Shown piece after piece: positions 45,294-54,746 of a DNA stretch of 64,000 nt. The notes under the pieces were generated by a model that saw only the letters and a program-made list of their open reading frames with translations, did not search any database and was not told where the DNA came from. The DNA comes from an uncultured Chloroflexota bacterium. GTDB lineage: Bacteria; Chloroflexota; Dehalococcoidia; Lucifugimonadales; CAJXCD01. The translations under genes and the position numbers were made by a program. Location: positions 152,220 to 216,219 of the forward strand of contig CAJXCD010000002.1 of the NCBI GenBank assembly GCA_913051545.1. The letters run 5' to 3'. Within the stretch, counting starts at the first letter, position 1. The number at the start of each line of letters is the position of its first letter.

Positions 45294-45509
45294 TATTTTC
45301 CAAACCTCACATTTCGTATTGGTCTACCCTGAGGACTAGACTGGTTCTTAGACATATTACAGTATTGATACGTTAATTGATTCCTTTCGTTGCGTAAATA
45401 CCGCAATATTATCGTTAATCCAGATAACGATTTGGAATTCCTATTTCCAGATGGTAGTATCCTACATATACACGATACCATCCAAAAATCCTCCTAGGTC
45501 CTAGTAGAT

Positions 45510-47558
45510 ATGATAAAAGGATTTGGCACATTTATCGTTGTCTTAATGGTTATCGCTGCAACTGTTACGGTTACCAGGTTTAGCGATGATATCGTTTCGG
45601 CCTTTACCAGCTGGACAGACTCATCCGCACAAGTCCCTGGCTTGATACCTTTCCAAGGGGTCCTAACGGATTCCTCAGGCAATCTGGTAGAAGATGATAA
45701 TTATACCGTGGCCTTTGCGTTCTATTCAGTTGGTACAGGGGGGATATCCCTATGGTCGGAAACACAGGTAGTTAGTACTACTTCAGGAATATTCAGTGCA
45801 CAACTTGGAAGTATAAACTCTATTACTCCATCTACCGTCGCATCAGACGAATTATGGTTAGGAATTACCGTGGAGTCTGACCCTGAAATGACTCCGAGAC
45901 AAAGGGTAGGCAGTGCAGTATACGCTTTAGTTGCCGGGCAACTGGCTAATCCTAAAAACCCTGAAATAATACTTAGTCACGACGGAATTATGAAGCAGAG
46001 TATTACCTGCTCTACACCTAGAAATACCCTGGTTGTATGGGGTTCAGGTTTCGAGTCGGGCGAAAGTATAATTGTTACGGCCATCGGTGGCGGACCTGAC
46101 GGAAGTGACGCAGACATACTAACTACTACAGCTGACTCTAACGGCACTTTTATGGTTCAAGGATCATCTTCAGCGTCAGCAATACCCTGCACGTCATCTG
46201 GGCTTCTTACGGTTAAAGCGAGTGGGGATAAGGGAAATGTGTCGAGTATCCCGGTTTTAATATCAGCTACTCCAACCCCTGGTCCGACCGCTACTCCTAC
46301 TGTTACTCCAATTCCAGTAGCAGTGACAGTGAGCCCTACACCTATACCTAACACTACCGTAAATAGCCAGATACTAACGGAGGATACAACTTGGGGATTA
46401 ACGGGTAGTCCTTACCTCGTGAAAGGTAATGTACGTGTAGATGAGGGCGTGACATTAACAATTGAGCCTGGAGTGGATCTACGTTTCAACCCAGGTGTTT
46501 ACCTGGATATTTTAGGAACCATCCAAGCGGTTGGGACTCCAAGTCAGCAGATAACTTTTGAGTCTCAAGTTAACAATTATAGCTCATGGTGGGGAGGAAT
46601 ATGCTTTCAGGATCAGAGTACTGACTATGAGTACTCTACAACTACTCCTGTTGGAAGCATCATAAAGTATTCTATTATTGGAGTAGGAACGGAAGGTGGT
46701 CAATGTAACAATGGGTATTTGATTGGAATCGATAGTTCCTCTCCCAAGATATCCTATAGCCAAATCGCATTAGGACCTATGGCAATTGGGGTTCTAGGAG
46801 ATGCCTCTCCTATTGTCACAAATAATACCTTCTTTCTTCCGAATGATCATCCCGACATTGTTAAAGGGATTCATCCAGTATATATAGACAAGTTTTTTTA
46901 CAGTAATACCATTCACATACAAAATTCCGGAGACTACTCAGCTGGCGGAACCCCCGTTAAGGCACAGGTTACTAATAATGTCGGCATTGGACAAATCATT
47001 GTCAATGCAGGTGCCACTAATAGCATTGTTAAAATATCAGGCAACACTATTTTTAGTCCGCAAGGTGAGCCTGGATTGGTGATTACGTGTGGCGAAGGTT
47101 TTTATATCTCAGGAGGAGCCTCATGTGATATAGAGGTCTCTTCAAACACTATTCAGCCATTTTATAATGGTGACAATGGTACTGGGATTTGGTTGAGAGG
47201 AATCTCTGCCAAACACCCGGGAGATTTTTCGTTTACGGATAACGTTATTAAAGACTACTCCACTGGGATATCAATAAGTTATGTTTCTAAGGATGCAGAA
47301 GCAAGAGAATATTTTTCCGAGATGGCATCACAAATAGCAGCAATAATCCCCTTAATTTCAAGGACTGATTTTATAGGTGTTACATCTGCTGTCGTGCTGA
47401 ATAATGTAGATAGCTCGGTTACTATTCCGGTATCTGACAGTTATTGGGGTACTACAAATCTCGAAGAAATATCTGACATGATTTATGACAATCTAGATGA
47501 CTTTAACTTAGGTACGGTTCAGGTTGTTAACCCGGTTTCATCGCCTGTAAATCAGTAG
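45510..47558 (+). CDS. large membrane-anchored/secreted surface protein: tail-fibre-like N-domain, PT-rich linker, parallel beta-helix-like region
   Basis: N-terminal signal/anchor FIVVLMVIAATVTV. IPFQGVLTDSSGNLVEDDNYTVAFAFYSVGTGGISLWSE...GIFSAQLG...PRQRVGSAVYA is a block common in tail-fibre-like surface proteins. The linker is TPTPGPTATPTVTPIPVAVTVSPTPIPNT. The repeated NNTFF/GNTIF/SNTIQ/DNVIK turns suggest a right-handed beta-helix. Confidence 0.6.
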   Translation: MIKGFGTFIVVLMVIAATVTVTRFSDDIVSAFTSWTDSSAQVPGLIPFQGVLTDSSGNLVEDDNYTVAFAFYSVGTGGISLWSETQVVSTTSGIFSAQLGSINSITPSTVASDELWLGITVESDPEMTPRQRVGSAVYALVAGQLANPKNPEIILSHDGIMKQSITCSTPRNTLVVWGSGFESGESIIVTAIGGGPDGSDADILTTTADSNGTFMVQGSSSASAIPCTSSGLLTVKASGDKGNVSSIPVLISATPTPGPTATPTVTPIPVAVTVSPTPIPNTTVNSQILTEDTTWGLTGSPYLVKGNVRVDEGVTLTIEPGVDLRFNPGVYLDILGTIQAVGTPSQQITFESQVNNYSSWWGGICFQDQSTDYEYSTTTPVGSIIKYSIIGVGTEGGQCNNGYLIGIDSSSPKISYSQIALGPMAIGVLGDASPIVTNNTFFLPNDHPDIVKGIHPVYIDKFFYSNTIHIQNSGDYSAGGTPVKAQVTNNVGIGQIIVNAGATNSIVKISGNTIFSPQGEPGLVITCGEGFYISGGASCDIEVSSNTIQPFYNGDNGTGIWLRGISAKHPGDFSFTDNVIKDYSTGISISYVSKDAEAREYFSEMASQIAAIIPLISRTDFIGVTSAVVLNNVDSSVTIPVSDSYWGTTNLEEISDMIYDNLDDFNLGTVQVVNPVSSPVNQ

Positions 47559-47563
47559 GAATT

Positions 47564-48319
47564 ATGGGACTGTTATTTACACCGATTCACTCCAGGTACA
47601 TTCTAATATTGGTAATAGCACTTTACGCAGTAGCTGGGATCAGCACATATAAAGATGATGTCTTTGGATTTGGGTCTACTCTAAAATTACCGTCCTCCTC
47701 ATTCTCTTCAGCTTCAGGGGCGATGTCTTCAGAAACATACGGTATGATTGCAGAGTTAGGAGCAGTAGGATTTATAGGTAGCGCTCAAAGCTCGAATTAC
47801 TCAATACAGATGGGCATTTCTTCAACCCATACGAATGCCAGGCCGGGAGTAATAAACCATTTTCCTGTCGCCTATTCGCAGACCGTAAGTACTACCTCTG
47901 GGACGCCAATTACTATTACTCTTACGGGTTCTGACATAGATGGAGACACCCTTGGCTGGGGAATTGAAACGCCTGTCAATGGAGGCTCAATTTCATATAA
48001 AGCTATGTCAGAAACAACTAATACCATCGATGTGGTATTCACGCCCTCGGTAGGGTTTGTTGGTATGGCGAGCTTTGTATTTAATGCTACCGACGGATCA
48101 TTAAACAGTAAGAGTGCAATAGTTAAAATTAACGTTCTTCAGGCTCCAACTCCACTGCCATCTAATGTGGTAGTTCCAGAAACGACTCCAACACCTGTAC
48201 CTAACGTATGGGATGCTCCCAGCATGTCTGGCTGGGGTTTTGCAGCGCTTGTTGCTGGAATGTTTTTAACTATAGTTTTACTAGCGCGATTACTACCTGA
48301 AAATAGGCGTACCGTATAA
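47564..48319 (+). CDS. surface protein with cadherin/Ig-like domain, PT linker and C-terminal TM anchor (sorting-signal-like tail)
   Basis: N-terminal TM segment. The Ig/cadherin-like block is NHFPVAYSQTVSTTSGTPITITLTGSDIDGDTLGWGIETPVNGG...FVFNATDG. It is followed by PTPLPSNVVVPETTPTPVP and the tail PSMSGWGFAALVAGMFLTIVLLARLLPENRRTV. The start lies 5 nt after the upstream gene. Confidence 0.6.
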   Translation: MGLLFTPIHSRYILILVIALYAVAGISTYKDDVFGFGSTLKLPSSSFSSASGAMSSETYGMIAELGAVGFIGSAQSSNYSIQMGISSTHTNARPGVINHFPVAYSQTVSTTSGTPITITLTGSDIDGDTLGWGIETPVNGGSISYKAMSETTNTIDVVFTPSVGFVGMASFVFNATDGSLNSKSAIVKINVLQAPTPLPSNVVVPETTPTPVPNVWDAPSMSGWGFAALVAGMFLTIVLLARLLPENRRTV

Positions 48320-48439
48320 CCTCCAAGACCTATTGACTGTATGGTGTATACAAGCGGTTAGGTATGTGCTATAAACAGGTCGTTTTATGATGCGTATAGC
48401 ACCAGAAAATATAATAAATGAAATTAACATCTCTTTAAT

Positions 48440-49414
48440 ATGAATGTAAAAGCCTCTAAGCATTCTGAGACGGTTGGGATAGTTACAGTGGTAGGCGCTG
48501 GTCTGATGGGACAGGGGATTGCTCTTCAGTTTGCGCTTCATGGATTCAAAGTTCATTTGCACGATACCTCTACTGAAATTCTGGATAAATCTATAGTTGC
48601 CATTTCGGATAATTTACGACTGTTGAGTGGTATGGATATGGCAGATGGCTCAGATATACCGGCCATTCTAGATAGGATAACTGCTGACGTATCCCTAGAA
48701 AAATCGTTAAATGGTTCTGATTTGGTAATTGAAGCAGTGTATGAGGACTTGGATTTAAAACGAAGTATTTTCGCTGATTTAGATGAATTGGCTCCAGTCC
48801 ACACAATATTTGCCAGCAATACATCTTCTTTTATGGCCAGTCAGTTGGTGACAAATTTAACCGCTCGAGATAGGGTTCTGGTGGCTAATTGGTGGAACCC
48901 TCCGTACCTACTGCCATTAGTAGAGGTTGTGCCTGGTCCTGATACTTCACAGAATTCAACAGATATACTGTGCAAGCTTCTTAAACAAGCAGGAAAATTT
49001 CCTGTCGTATTGCAAAAAGAGTCACTGGGATTTATTGGCAATAGATTGCAGTTTGCTTTGCTGAGGGAGGCAATATCTCTAGTAGAAAGTGGTGTGGCTA
49101 CTGCTGAAGATGTAGATAGAGTTGTTACGTCTAGTTTTGGTCGTCGACTGGCAGTGGCAGGACCATTTGAAGTGTTTGATATTGCGGGATGGGACACAAT
49201 TTTACATATTATTGATGAACTGTTTCCACATATAGAATCATCTAAAATGTCTCCAGACACAATACGGAAAATGGTGGAAACAGGAGATTTAGGAGTTAAA
49301 TCGGGTAGGGGGTTTTATACGTGGGATGAAGATACGATATCTGATCGCAGATCACAGATTTCTGAAACCTTGGCCGCTCTCGGACGTTTGGATGATGCAG
49401 TCAACAATAAGTAA
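48440..49414 (+). CDS. 3-hydroxyacyl-CoA (3-hydroxybutyryl-CoA) dehydrogenase
   Basis: VTVVGAGLMGQGIALQFALHGFKVHLHD, SNTSS, NPPYLLPLVEVV and GFIGNRLQFALLREA are typical HBD/FadB N- and C-domain motifs. Confidence 0.85.
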   Translation: MNVKASKHSETVGIVTVVGAGLMGQGIALQFALHGFKVHLHDTSTEILDKSIVAISDNLRLLSGMDMADGSDIPAILDRITADVSLEKSLNGSDLVIEAVYEDLDLKRSIFADLDELAPVHTIFASNTSSFMASQLVTNLTARDRVLVANWWNPPYLLPLVEVVPGPDTSQNSTDILCKLLKQAGKFPVVLQKESLGFIGNRLQFALLREAISLVESGVATAEDVDRVVTSSFGRRLAVAGPFEVFDIAGWDTILHIIDELFPHIESSKMSPDTIRKMVETGDLGVKSGRGFYTWDEDTISDRRSQISETLAALGRLDDAVNNK

Positions 49415-49443
49415 ATTTTGGGGTGATAGATAAGGGGGATTTC

Positions 49444-49875
49444 ATGATAAATGCTATGCACCACACCGGATTTGTAGTTAAAGACATCGAAAAATCCGTG
49501 GCGTTTTACAGGGATGTAGTAGGTCTTCAAGTTGTAGACAGGTTTCAGCGGGTGGGAGACGCTATTGACCAGGTAGTCGGGTATCAATCTGCAAAGTTAG
49601 AGATTTGCACATTGAAGGCTGAGGGTGATCACATACTAGAGCTGATAGAGTACGTTAATCCTCCTTCTGGGCCACGGCTCACTGAGGAGCGGAGCGTACT
49701 TGGAGGTACACACCTGTGCATGCATGTAAGCGATATAGATGAGACCTTCAAAAAATTTACGTCTAACGGTGCTATTAAGATGAATCCTCCTGCCGAACTG
49801 GTAAAAGGGAGGAAGGCTTGCTATCTTCAAGATCCGGATCATAACTGGATCGAATTACTAGAACTTTCGACGTGA
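49444..49875 (+). CDS. VOC family protein (glyoxalase I/methylmalonyl-CoA epimerase-like)
   Basis: HHTGFVVKDIEKSVAFYRDVVGL ... GTHLCMHVSDIDETF ... LQDPDHNWIELLE. ATG 49444 has an AAGGGGG RBS and I prefer it over GTG 49423. Confidence 0.75.
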   Translation: MINAMHHTGFVVKDIEKSVAFYRDVVGLQVVDRFQRVGDAIDQVVGYQSAKLEICTLKAEGDHILELIEYVNPPSGPRLTEERSVLGGTHLCMHVSDIDETFKKFTSNGAIKMNPPAELVKGRKACYLQDPDHNWIELLELST

Positions 49876-49922
49876 GGTAATAGAAATCAGTTGAAATTCT
49901 GTGTATAGGAAAGGTTGGCATA

Positions 49923-50915
49923 TTGGAAAAAGTAGTAGTTTCTTCAATGTTATACGATGAATCTTCCCGATGCGTACAGATTTTACGGGATTACGGGTTT
50001 GATGTCAGATTACTTGGTAACCAGGAATTTTCTGATGGATTTTCTACCGAAGAGGAATCAATTAATCTTTTACAGGGTGTGTCAGCTGTTGTAGCAGCTG
50101 GTGAAAGATACACTGAGAATGTATTTTCCTCCCTCCCGGATCTTAAAGTCGTAGCCAGGCTAGGCGTCGGTTTTGATAGGGTTGATACGGAAGCTGCTAC
50201 TAAATATGGGGTAGCAGTTACGATCACACCAAATGCCAATCACGAGTCAGTTGCTGAACATTCCATGACCTTGATGCTTGCTGTAGCTAGGCGAGTGCTG
50301 AAACTAGATAGAGCTGTGCGTGAACGTAATTGGATTAGGGAAGCTGGATTGCCTGTTCGAGGTTCTACGTTGGGTATAGTTGGTTTAGGCAGAATTGGTA
50401 GAAGTTTGGCCTTAAGGGCCATCGGAATGCGGATGAATGTAGTAGCGACCGAACCTATGCCTGATAGAGAGTTTGTTGATAGGCAAGGTATTAAATTGTT
50501 AGAACTGGACGATCTTCTTGGTGTCTCGGATTTCGTAAGTTTAAATTTGCCACTTAGTGAAAAAACTACAGGGCTAATTGATGCAGGTAAGATAGCAAAG
50601 TTTAAAAAAGGTGCAGTGTTGGTAAATTCGTCTAGAGGCGGAATTGTGGTTGAGTCAGAGTTGGCTCAGGCTTTGAAGTCTGGTCATATAAGCGGCGCTG
50701 GCCTTGACGTTTTTGAGAATGAATTGACAGATAAGGAAAATCCTTTATTTGACCTTGATAACGTCGTTTTGTCACCTCATGTGGCGGGTAATGATACTCT
50801 TGCAATCCAAAATATGAGTATAGATGCGGCGCAGTACATCATTGATCTTCATGAAGGTAAATGGCCCTATGAAGCTGTAATTAACGGTGATGTTAGGACT
50901 CAATGGCGGTGGTAG
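49923..50915 (+). CDS. D-isomer-specific 2-hydroxyacid dehydrogenase (PGDH/glyoxylate reductase-like)
   Basis: The NAD motif GIVGLGRIGRSLALRA, ARLGVGFDRVD, NSSRGGIVVE, and SPHVAG (the catalytic His region). Confidence 0.85.
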   Translation: MEKVVVSSMLYDESSRCVQILRDYGFDVRLLGNQEFSDGFSTEEESINLLQGVSAVVAAGERYTENVFSSLPDLKVVARLGVGFDRVDTEAATKYGVAVTITPNANHESVAEHSMTLMLAVARRVLKLDRAVRERNWIREAGLPVRGSTLGIVGLGRIGRSLALRAIGMRMNVVATEPMPDREFVDRQGIKLLELDDLLGVSDFVSLNLPLSEKTTGLIDAGKIAKFKKGAVLVNSSRGGIVVESELAQALKSGHISGAGLDVFENELTDKENPLFDLDNVVLSPHVAGNDTLAIQNMSIDAAQYIIDLHEGKWPYEAVINGDVRTQWRW

Positions 50916-50998
50916 TAGGTTTTTAAAAATTTCAGAATTTTGGCCTAAGTGTTTAACTGGCGATGTTTGGTTGCGGGATGAATAGTTGAACACTCCTA

Positions 50999-51039
50999 TT
51001 CAGTAGGATATTATTCGGTGTGGATAATATCCTACTGAA
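50999..51039. terminator. perfect 16-bp-stem hairpin (TTCAGTAGGATATTAT-N9-ATAATATCCTACTGAA); terminator or regulatory/REP-like element
   Basis: I paired the bases by hand and all 16 positions are complementary, with a 9-nt loop. It lies 84 nt after the dehydrogenase stop and 39 nt before the DUF1800 ATG. There is no trailing T-tract. Confidence 0.4.
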
Positions 51040-51078
51040 CGGGCTAATTGATATCAGGTATGGAGAGGAGACTTTGGT

Positions 51079-52470
51079 ATGTCGAAATCAGATCTTCTTC
51101 TAATGTCACATCTTATGAGGCGCGCCGGTTTTGGTGCGACCAGATCAGAGTTAGAGGAACTAGTTTCACGTGATTACAGTGAAGTTGTTGAAGAACTCCT
51201 TCATCCTGAAAAGGCACCTTTGGAAGACGAGGATTTGCTTGACAGGTATTGTGTTGGGGAAGCCATAGGTGATTGGTCCGGCAAGTGGATTCATAGGATG
51301 GTTAATGGAAAACGGCCTTTGTCAGAAAAGATCGGTCTTTTCTGGCATCAGGTGTTTGCCACTGGGTGGTTTAAAAGTGAACATCACCCAACCATGTTTA
51401 ATCAGATTGAAACTTTCAAATCGGTGGGACTCTCTAACCTTAAGACGATACTGATGGAGTTGTCTAAGGACCCAGCGATGATTTTCTGGTTAGATAATTG
51501 TGAAAATCATTCGAATGCTCCGAACGAGAATTACGGCCGTGAGCTACTTGAGTTATTTTCTATGGGAGTCGGGAATTACACCGAAGATGATATTAAGATG
51601 GCTGCCCGTGCGTTCACGGGGTGGACTTTCTCGCAACCCCCGCCTCTTTATCCGTATGGTAACTATGCTTCTGATTTTCAGTATCTTCCAGATGACCATG
51701 ATGATAGTGAAAAAACTTTTTTGGGTGAGACAGGAAAGTTTAACGGCGAAGATATAATCGACATAATTGTTGAGCAACCGGCTACAGCTAGGTTCATATC
51801 TCGTCACCTATATAACTTCTTTGTAGCTGATGAACCGCAAGTACCAGCCTGGTCAATAGAGCCTCCGCGTGACCCGTCAGCAATAGACATTTTGTCTAAC
51901 GCTTATTTTGAATCTGGTGGAGAGATACGATCGGTATTGAGAGCTATGTTTAACGCAGATTTCTTCAAGGAGGCTGTTTCGGATCGAGTGAAATCTCCAG
52001 TGGAACTCATCGCTAGTACCGTAAAGCTAGTCGGTTCTCATCCGAATCCCTCCTACCATCTATCCAGTCTATCAGCAGCAAGTGGTGCAATGGGTCAAAC
52101 TTTACTGAATCCGCCGACGGTTGAAGGATGGCATACAGGTAAAGAGTGGATTGATGGAGGGGCTTTAACAGAACGGGTAAATTTCGCAGTCAATGAAGTC
52201 TCAAATATTGATAGTCCTGGGGTATCAGATTTTGTATCTAGGATAAGGGGTGAAGGTGACAAGGTATCTCCGGAACAATTTGTGGATAAAAGTTTAGACT
52301 TAGTAGGTCCTTTTAAGGTGACCTCGGAGACTCATCAGGCACTCATGGAGTTCGCTGAGTCTGGAGGAGACTTGAGTTTCGATACTGATGAAGACAATGA
52401 TATAAGTGATGGCAGGATAGTCAGGATGCTTCAATTGATAGTTGCATCAAGGGAATTTCAATTCGCATAG
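51079..52470 (+). CDS. DUF1800 family protein
   Basis: MSHLMRRAGFGAT..ELE, FWHQVFATG, ELLELFSMGVGNYTEDDIKMAARAFTGW and LLNPPTVEGW are typical DUF1800 blocks. It is adjacent to a DUF1501 gene. Confidence 0.8.
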   Translation: MSKSDLLLMSHLMRRAGFGATRSELEELVSRDYSEVVEELLHPEKAPLEDEDLLDRYCVGEAIGDWSGKWIHRMVNGKRPLSEKIGLFWHQVFATGWFKSEHHPTMFNQIETFKSVGLSNLKTILMELSKDPAMIFWLDNCENHSNAPNENYGRELLELFSMGVGNYTEDDIKMAARAFTGWTFSQPPPLYPYGNYASDFQYLPDDHDDSEKTFLGETGKFNGEDIIDIIVEQPATARFISRHLYNFFVADEPQVPAWSIEPPRDPSAIDILSNAYFESGGEIRSVLRAMFNADFFKEAVSDRVKSPVELIASTVKLVGSHPNPSYHLSSLSAASGAMGQTLLNPPTVEGWHTGKEWIDGGALTERVNFAVNEVSNIDSPGVSDFVSRIRGEGDKVSPEQFVDKSLDLVGPFKVTSETHQALMEFAESGGDLSFDTDEDNDISDGRIVRMLQLIVASREFQFA

Positions 52471-52498
52471 AGTAACTATAGGAGAGGTGAAATAGGTT

Positions 52499-53635
52499 AT
52501 GTCAGAAAATTCAAAGCCGCCAGTATTGGTCGTTCTTCAACTATCTGGCGGAAACGATTTCATGAACACTCTGGTTCCGTATAATAACCCCCATTACTAT
52601 GACGCGCGGAAGACGATTGTGATTCCTGAGGAAGATGTCCTGCCAATTAATGACACACTGGGATTCAATCCAAATTTAGCTTCATTTAAAGAGTTGTATG
52701 AAGATGGAGATCTTGCCGTTGTTCAAGGTATTGGATATCCAAATTCCAGTAGATCCCATTTCCGAGCTATGGATATCTGGCACACATGTGAACCAGATAT
52801 AGTGGCGACTGAAGGATGGGTCGGGAAAGCGATCAGAGAGCTAGATCCAGCCAAGAATAATGTTCTCACCGGTGTGAATTTTGGACGAGGTCTGCCTAGG
52901 GCTATGGCAGCCCCTGGTGTGCCTGTTACATCTGTAAACGACCTCGATAACTATGGTCTTCTTACAGGTATTGATTCGAAAGATGACCGCGAGGCTGCAT
53001 TAGATATATTTAAGAGCATGTACGGACCGGCCATGGGGTCGGGTCCAGTAATGGATTATTTAGCACAGACTGGGGAAGACGTTCTGCGTGGATCAGACCA
53101 GCTTAAAACTGTGCCTGCAAATTACCACTCGGACGTCGAGTATGGGAATAGCGCTATCGCTGGAAGCCTCAGGGATGTTGCCCGTGTACACCTTGCTGAT
53201 TTAGGAACTAGAATTTTCTACACTTCTCAGGGTGGCTATGATAACCACGCCACTCAGATGCCTGATCACCCCAAGTTGTTACAAGATCTGTCGCGTGCAG
53301 TTATGGATTTTTTCCAAGATATTAGGGACGCTGGGAGATCTGAAGAAGTAATAATGCTGATATTTACTGAGTTTGGCAGGAGGATGAGGGATAACGGAAG
53401 TGGAACTGATCATGGATCTGGAGGAGGAGCGTTCATAATAGGGGATAGGGTTAATGGCGGTTTGTATTCTGAGTACCCATCCATTGATCCGGCAGATTGG
53501 TTATATGGAGAAGACCTAAAGCATACAATCGACTTCAGAGGGATTTATGGGACTGTATTAGAGCAGTGGTTAGGGGTTGAAGCGGCTCCTGTAGTAGGCG
53601 GTAGTTTTGAGCAGATAACGCCTTTTTCTAATTAA
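52499..53635 (+). CDS. DUF1501 family protein (sulfatase/alkaline-phosphatase-superfamily-like), lacking the usual Tat signal
   Basis: VLVVLQLSGGNDFMNTLVPY, GYPNSSRSHFRAMDIW, GGYDNHA and TEFGRR...NGSGTDHG are DUF1501 blocks. The protein starts directly at the conserved core with no RRxFL leader. Confidence 0.8.
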   Translation: MSENSKPPVLVVLQLSGGNDFMNTLVPYNNPHYYDARKTIVIPEEDVLPINDTLGFNPNLASFKELYEDGDLAVVQGIGYPNSSRSHFRAMDIWHTCEPDIVATEGWVGKAIRELDPAKNNVLTGVNFGRGLPRAMAAPGVPVTSVNDLDNYGLLTGIDSKDDREAALDIFKSMYGPAMGSGPVMDYLAQTGEDVLRGSDQLKTVPANYHSDVEYGNSAIAGSLRDVARVHLADLGTRIFYTSQGGYDNHATQMPDHPKLLQDLSRAVMDFFQDIRDAGRSEEVIMLIFTEFGRRMRDNGSGTDHGSGGGAFIIGDRVNGGLYSEYPSIDPADWLYGEDLKHTIDFRGIYGTVLEQWLGVEAAPVVGGSFEQITPFSN

Positions 53636-53676
53636 TTATTGAATCAGTATATTACGTGCAATTGTAGAGGGACAAT

Positions 53677-54690
53677 ATGACTAGACCGGCAGGACTATTG
53701 AGGGCTGGATATCCGTATGTTAGGACATACGGCATGAGACGCATTACAAATTTTCCGTCGGATTTGGCTATTGGATCTTCTGGCTCTTTATACATACTGT
53801 GTAGGGGTGTTGATGCGATGGTTCGGATCCTGTCTAATGATGATGAGGATATGGGATACATTGGGAGTTTTGGTAAAGGAGAAGGGCAGCTAACTGGTCC
53901 TGTGTCCATACAAATGGATGATAACGAGAATATATATATATCAGATGAAGTATTACACAGGATTACGATACTAGATACAGATGGATCTTACGTAAATTCG
54001 TGGGGTGAGCACGGTAGTGATAAGGGGCAATTTGATAGGCCATCCGGGATTGCACTAGATAGTAATGGCCATGTTTATGTTTCTGATGCTTTTAACCATC
54101 GTGTACAGCAATATACTAAGGATGGTAAGTTCATAAATAGCTGGGGAGTAGAAGGTTCTGGTGAAGGTCAGTTTAATTATCCATGGGGTGTAGCAGTGGA
54201 TGACGAGGGAGATGTATATGTGTCTGATTGGCGTAATGACCGGATCCAAAAATTTACGAACGATGGAGAATTCATTTTTGAATTTGGAGGTTCTGGGAAA
54301 GGGCCTGGTGAATTGCATAGGCCGGCAGGTGTAGAAGTAGATGTAGATGGTGATATATACGTTGCCGATGCAGGGAATGATAGGATTCAGCTTTTCAATG
54401 CAGACGGACGGTACGTAGAGAGATTTTTTGGAGATGCAACGCTGTCGAAACAGGGTCTGGATTACTTAGTTAACAATGCTGTGCCACTTCGTCTAAGAGA
54501 CATGGCAGATTTAGAACCTCAAAAACGATTCAAGAGCCCTAAAGCAGTCAGATTTGATGACAAGACTGGCTGCATGTACGTAGCTGACACGGAATCTTAC
54601 AGGGTTCAGTCTTACCGTAAGGATGTAGTTAGATTGAATGAAGACCAGATAGCTCCATCAATGAGAAATCCTACATTAGCTACGACCTAG
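53677..54690 (+). CDS. NHL-repeat beta-propeller protein
   Basis: The repeats include G.GEGQF..P.GIA.D..G.VYVSD..NHRVQ.Y..DG.F and YVSDWRNDRIQKFTNDGEF. No signal peptide. Confidence 0.8.
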   Translation: MTRPAGLLRAGYPYVRTYGMRRITNFPSDLAIGSSGSLYILCRGVDAMVRILSNDDEDMGYIGSFGKGEGQLTGPVSIQMDDNENIYISDEVLHRITILDTDGSYVNSWGEHGSDKGQFDRPSGIALDSNGHVYVSDAFNHRVQQYTKDGKFINSWGVEGSGEGQFNYPWGVAVDDEGDVYVSDWRNDRIQKFTNDGEFIFEFGGSGKGPGELHRPAGVEVDVDGDIYVADAGNDRIQLFNADGRYVERFFGDATLSKQGLDYLVNNAVPLRLRDMADLEPQKRFKSPKAVRFDDKTGCMYVADTESYRVQSYRKDVVRLNEDQIAPSMRNPTLATT

Positions 54691-54746
54691 TACTAGACTA
54701 TATTTTGTGAGAATTAGTATCTGATAATACAGTAATTACTATGTAG

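Noticed and set aside
45294-45509. Small ORFs in intergenic gaps (45293..45481 -, 45494..45682 -, 48293..48562 -) and possible RNA genes in the longer gaps (15729-15957, 38433-38624, 45294-45509, 48320-48439).
   Set aside because: None has an RBS, hydrophobic or other motif, or tRNA-like features (no T-loop GGTTCGA-type sequence or cloverleaf spotted). I treat these gaps as promoter regions.
46268-46355. Pro/Thr-rich stretch that looked like a tandem DNA repeat.
   Set aside because: The nucleotide sequence is not a regular tandem repeat. It is a low-complexity PT linker within an intact ORF.
49991-50422. Two abutting same-frame minus-strand ORFs (50240..50422 and 49991..50239) separated by a single TGA (50240-50242), superficially like the selenoprotein pattern.
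   Set aside because: Both lie entirely antisense to the strongly supported 2-hydroxyacid dehydrogenase gene (49923..50915). Their translations are low-complexity, with no redox motif flanking the TGA.
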